Positions 62,664 through 64,000 of a stretch of DNA of 64,000 bases are shown one piece after another. The position numbers and the translations under genes are program-made. The notes below the pieces were generated by a model. It worked only from the letters and a program-made list of their open reading frames with translations, had not been told where the DNA came from and did not search any database. Source of the DNA: Octopus bimaculoides (lineage: Eukaryota); contig NC_068988.1 of NCBI RefSeq assembly GCF_001194135.2, forward strand, positions 44,088,260 to 44,152,259, in the 5' to 3' direction. The first letter of the stretch is position 1; each line of letters begins with the position of its first letter.

Positions 62664-62762
62664 ATCTGAATGCATGGAATATCGAGGAGGAAGTTTCTCC
62701 ATTGAAACTGGAAGCTGAAAATCTCCAATAGATAGTTGATTATCATTAAGCAGGGGCAGCCA
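62664..62762 (-). CDS. DOCK7: DOCK7-like exon: WLPLLNDNQLSIGDFQLPVSMEKLPPRYSMHSD
   Basis: Homologous to [29 protein letters not shown]; acceptor tattgtag, donor gtaagt; 99 nt, phase 0->0. Confidence 0.93.
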
Positions 62763-63457
62763 CTACAATAAAGGAGAAATCATCATAATAATAATTATTA
62801 TTGATTTTGTTTGTTGTGGGAGGTGGTTTCTTGTACAACCACTACACACACACACACATGTAATTTGTTTCCTTATTTTACGTCCATTTTTTCCACAGTA
62901 GCGAATGTTAAATAAATATATTACTGAAGCAGTTTACAGTTGGATGCCTTTCTCATTGCTAACACATACCAGTTTTTCAAATAAGGGATATCGTATTTCA
63001 CACATCTTCAGCTGTGGAAAGCCAGCAGACAACACATTCACAGAAAAATGATAGCAACATCACTGCCAGATGCTGAGTGATTTTTGGAGAGTGCAAACAC
63101 ACACACAAACATGCATGTTCACACTTACATATACACATGCACACATATAAAGATAAATAGCTTCTTTCAGTTTCCATTAACCAAATCCACTTACAACACT
63201 TCAGTCTATAGCAGTCAAGGTGCTCTACAATGGAACTGAACTCAAAATCACATGATTAGGAAATAAGCTTTTTAACCATAAAGCCATATCTGCACCCCCT
63301 CCAACACATATATAAATATGTATGTATATATGTTTGTATGTATAGAACATTTATTGATGACTGGATACTGGGTTCAAGGATGGCTGATAGTAGTGACATA
63401 AAGAAAATGCTATTCAGGTCAGTAACAAAAAAAAAAACAGTAAGATGTGTCCCTTAC

Positions 63458-63602
63458 AGTGTATCCAATAGGAATTTCCACCGGGGTAGGCTCATTCTTT
63501 TTGTTCTGGCAACTCACATGGTAAAATGAGAAGAGAAGATGATGAGATTTTGACACCTTTGCTGGCAGCTTGACCTTGATTTCTTCGTAAAACTGTGGAG
63601 AT
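63458..63602 (-). CDS. DOCK7: DOCK7-like exon (DHR-1/C2 domain): (R)[48 protein letters not shown]
   Basis: Matches DOCK7 motif [13 protein letters not shown]...HHLLFTFYHVSCQ...PVGYT; acceptor catttcag, donor gtaagg; 145 nt, phase 2->0. Confidence 0.95.
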
Positions 63603-64000
63603 CTGAAATGGTAAAAGATGAAATTATAATCAGTCTCAATGTGTAGCATTGTAAGTGATAGAAAGGTAATATTTCAATATCTGCAAAGATGTAGATTAAA
63701 ACAATTAATAAAGAGGATATCAGTTTAACATTAAACCTTTTTTAGTGTTAACAGAAACTATATATATATATTCAAATATGAATTAGAAGCAGCTCAAGGT
63801 ATGTAAACAAAATCGAACACTCATACACAATGTGTGTGTTGTTAGTTCGTGGGGCAGCTGCATCATTTTTAGGTGTAAGAGAATATATTCTCAATGCTCC
63901 TTGAAAGAAGGTCATAGACAAGTGGGACAACCCACATCAAGTCCTTTATATATTATAATGAATTTGATGAGTTAATAGAAATGGTTGAGTTATAACCTTT

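Noticed and set aside
1-64000. CRISPR arrays, rRNA genes or prokaryotic systems
   Set aside because: None seen; the window is spliced eukaryotic DNA with no regular repeat-spacer array.

Overview
Eukaryotic, very AT-rich genomic DNA, most likely an Octopus species (inferred from the SINE/RTE repeat content, dense microsatellites and N-gaps beside microsatellites). The whole window lies inside one minus-strand gene of the DOCK-C subfamily (DOCK6/7/8, DOCK7-like Rac/Cdc42 GEF). I traced 16 constitutive-looking exons with canonical GT-AG sites and consistent phases (2440 nt, about 813 codons), running from mid DHR-1/C2 domain (63602) to the region just before DHR-2 (557). The main anomaly is a 39.8-kb phase-0 intron (4741-44524) at the FEYK|GKK junction. 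It holds a series of exon-like islands with no counterpart in vertebrate DOCK7 as I recall it: a 243-nt exon, two 12-nt microexons and several 33-72-nt frame-preserving cassettes. There is also a possible internal 5'UTR for a DHR-1-less isoform, and a cluster of hairpins including an ~840-bp palindrome carrying tRNA-like units. The introns contain tRNA-derived SINEs, young RTE LINE 3' ends (two copies identical over 216 nt), a decayed mariner, and two TTAA-flanked piggyBac-type MITE families. The novel exons are predictions from splice signals and reading frame only, found by manual scanning.
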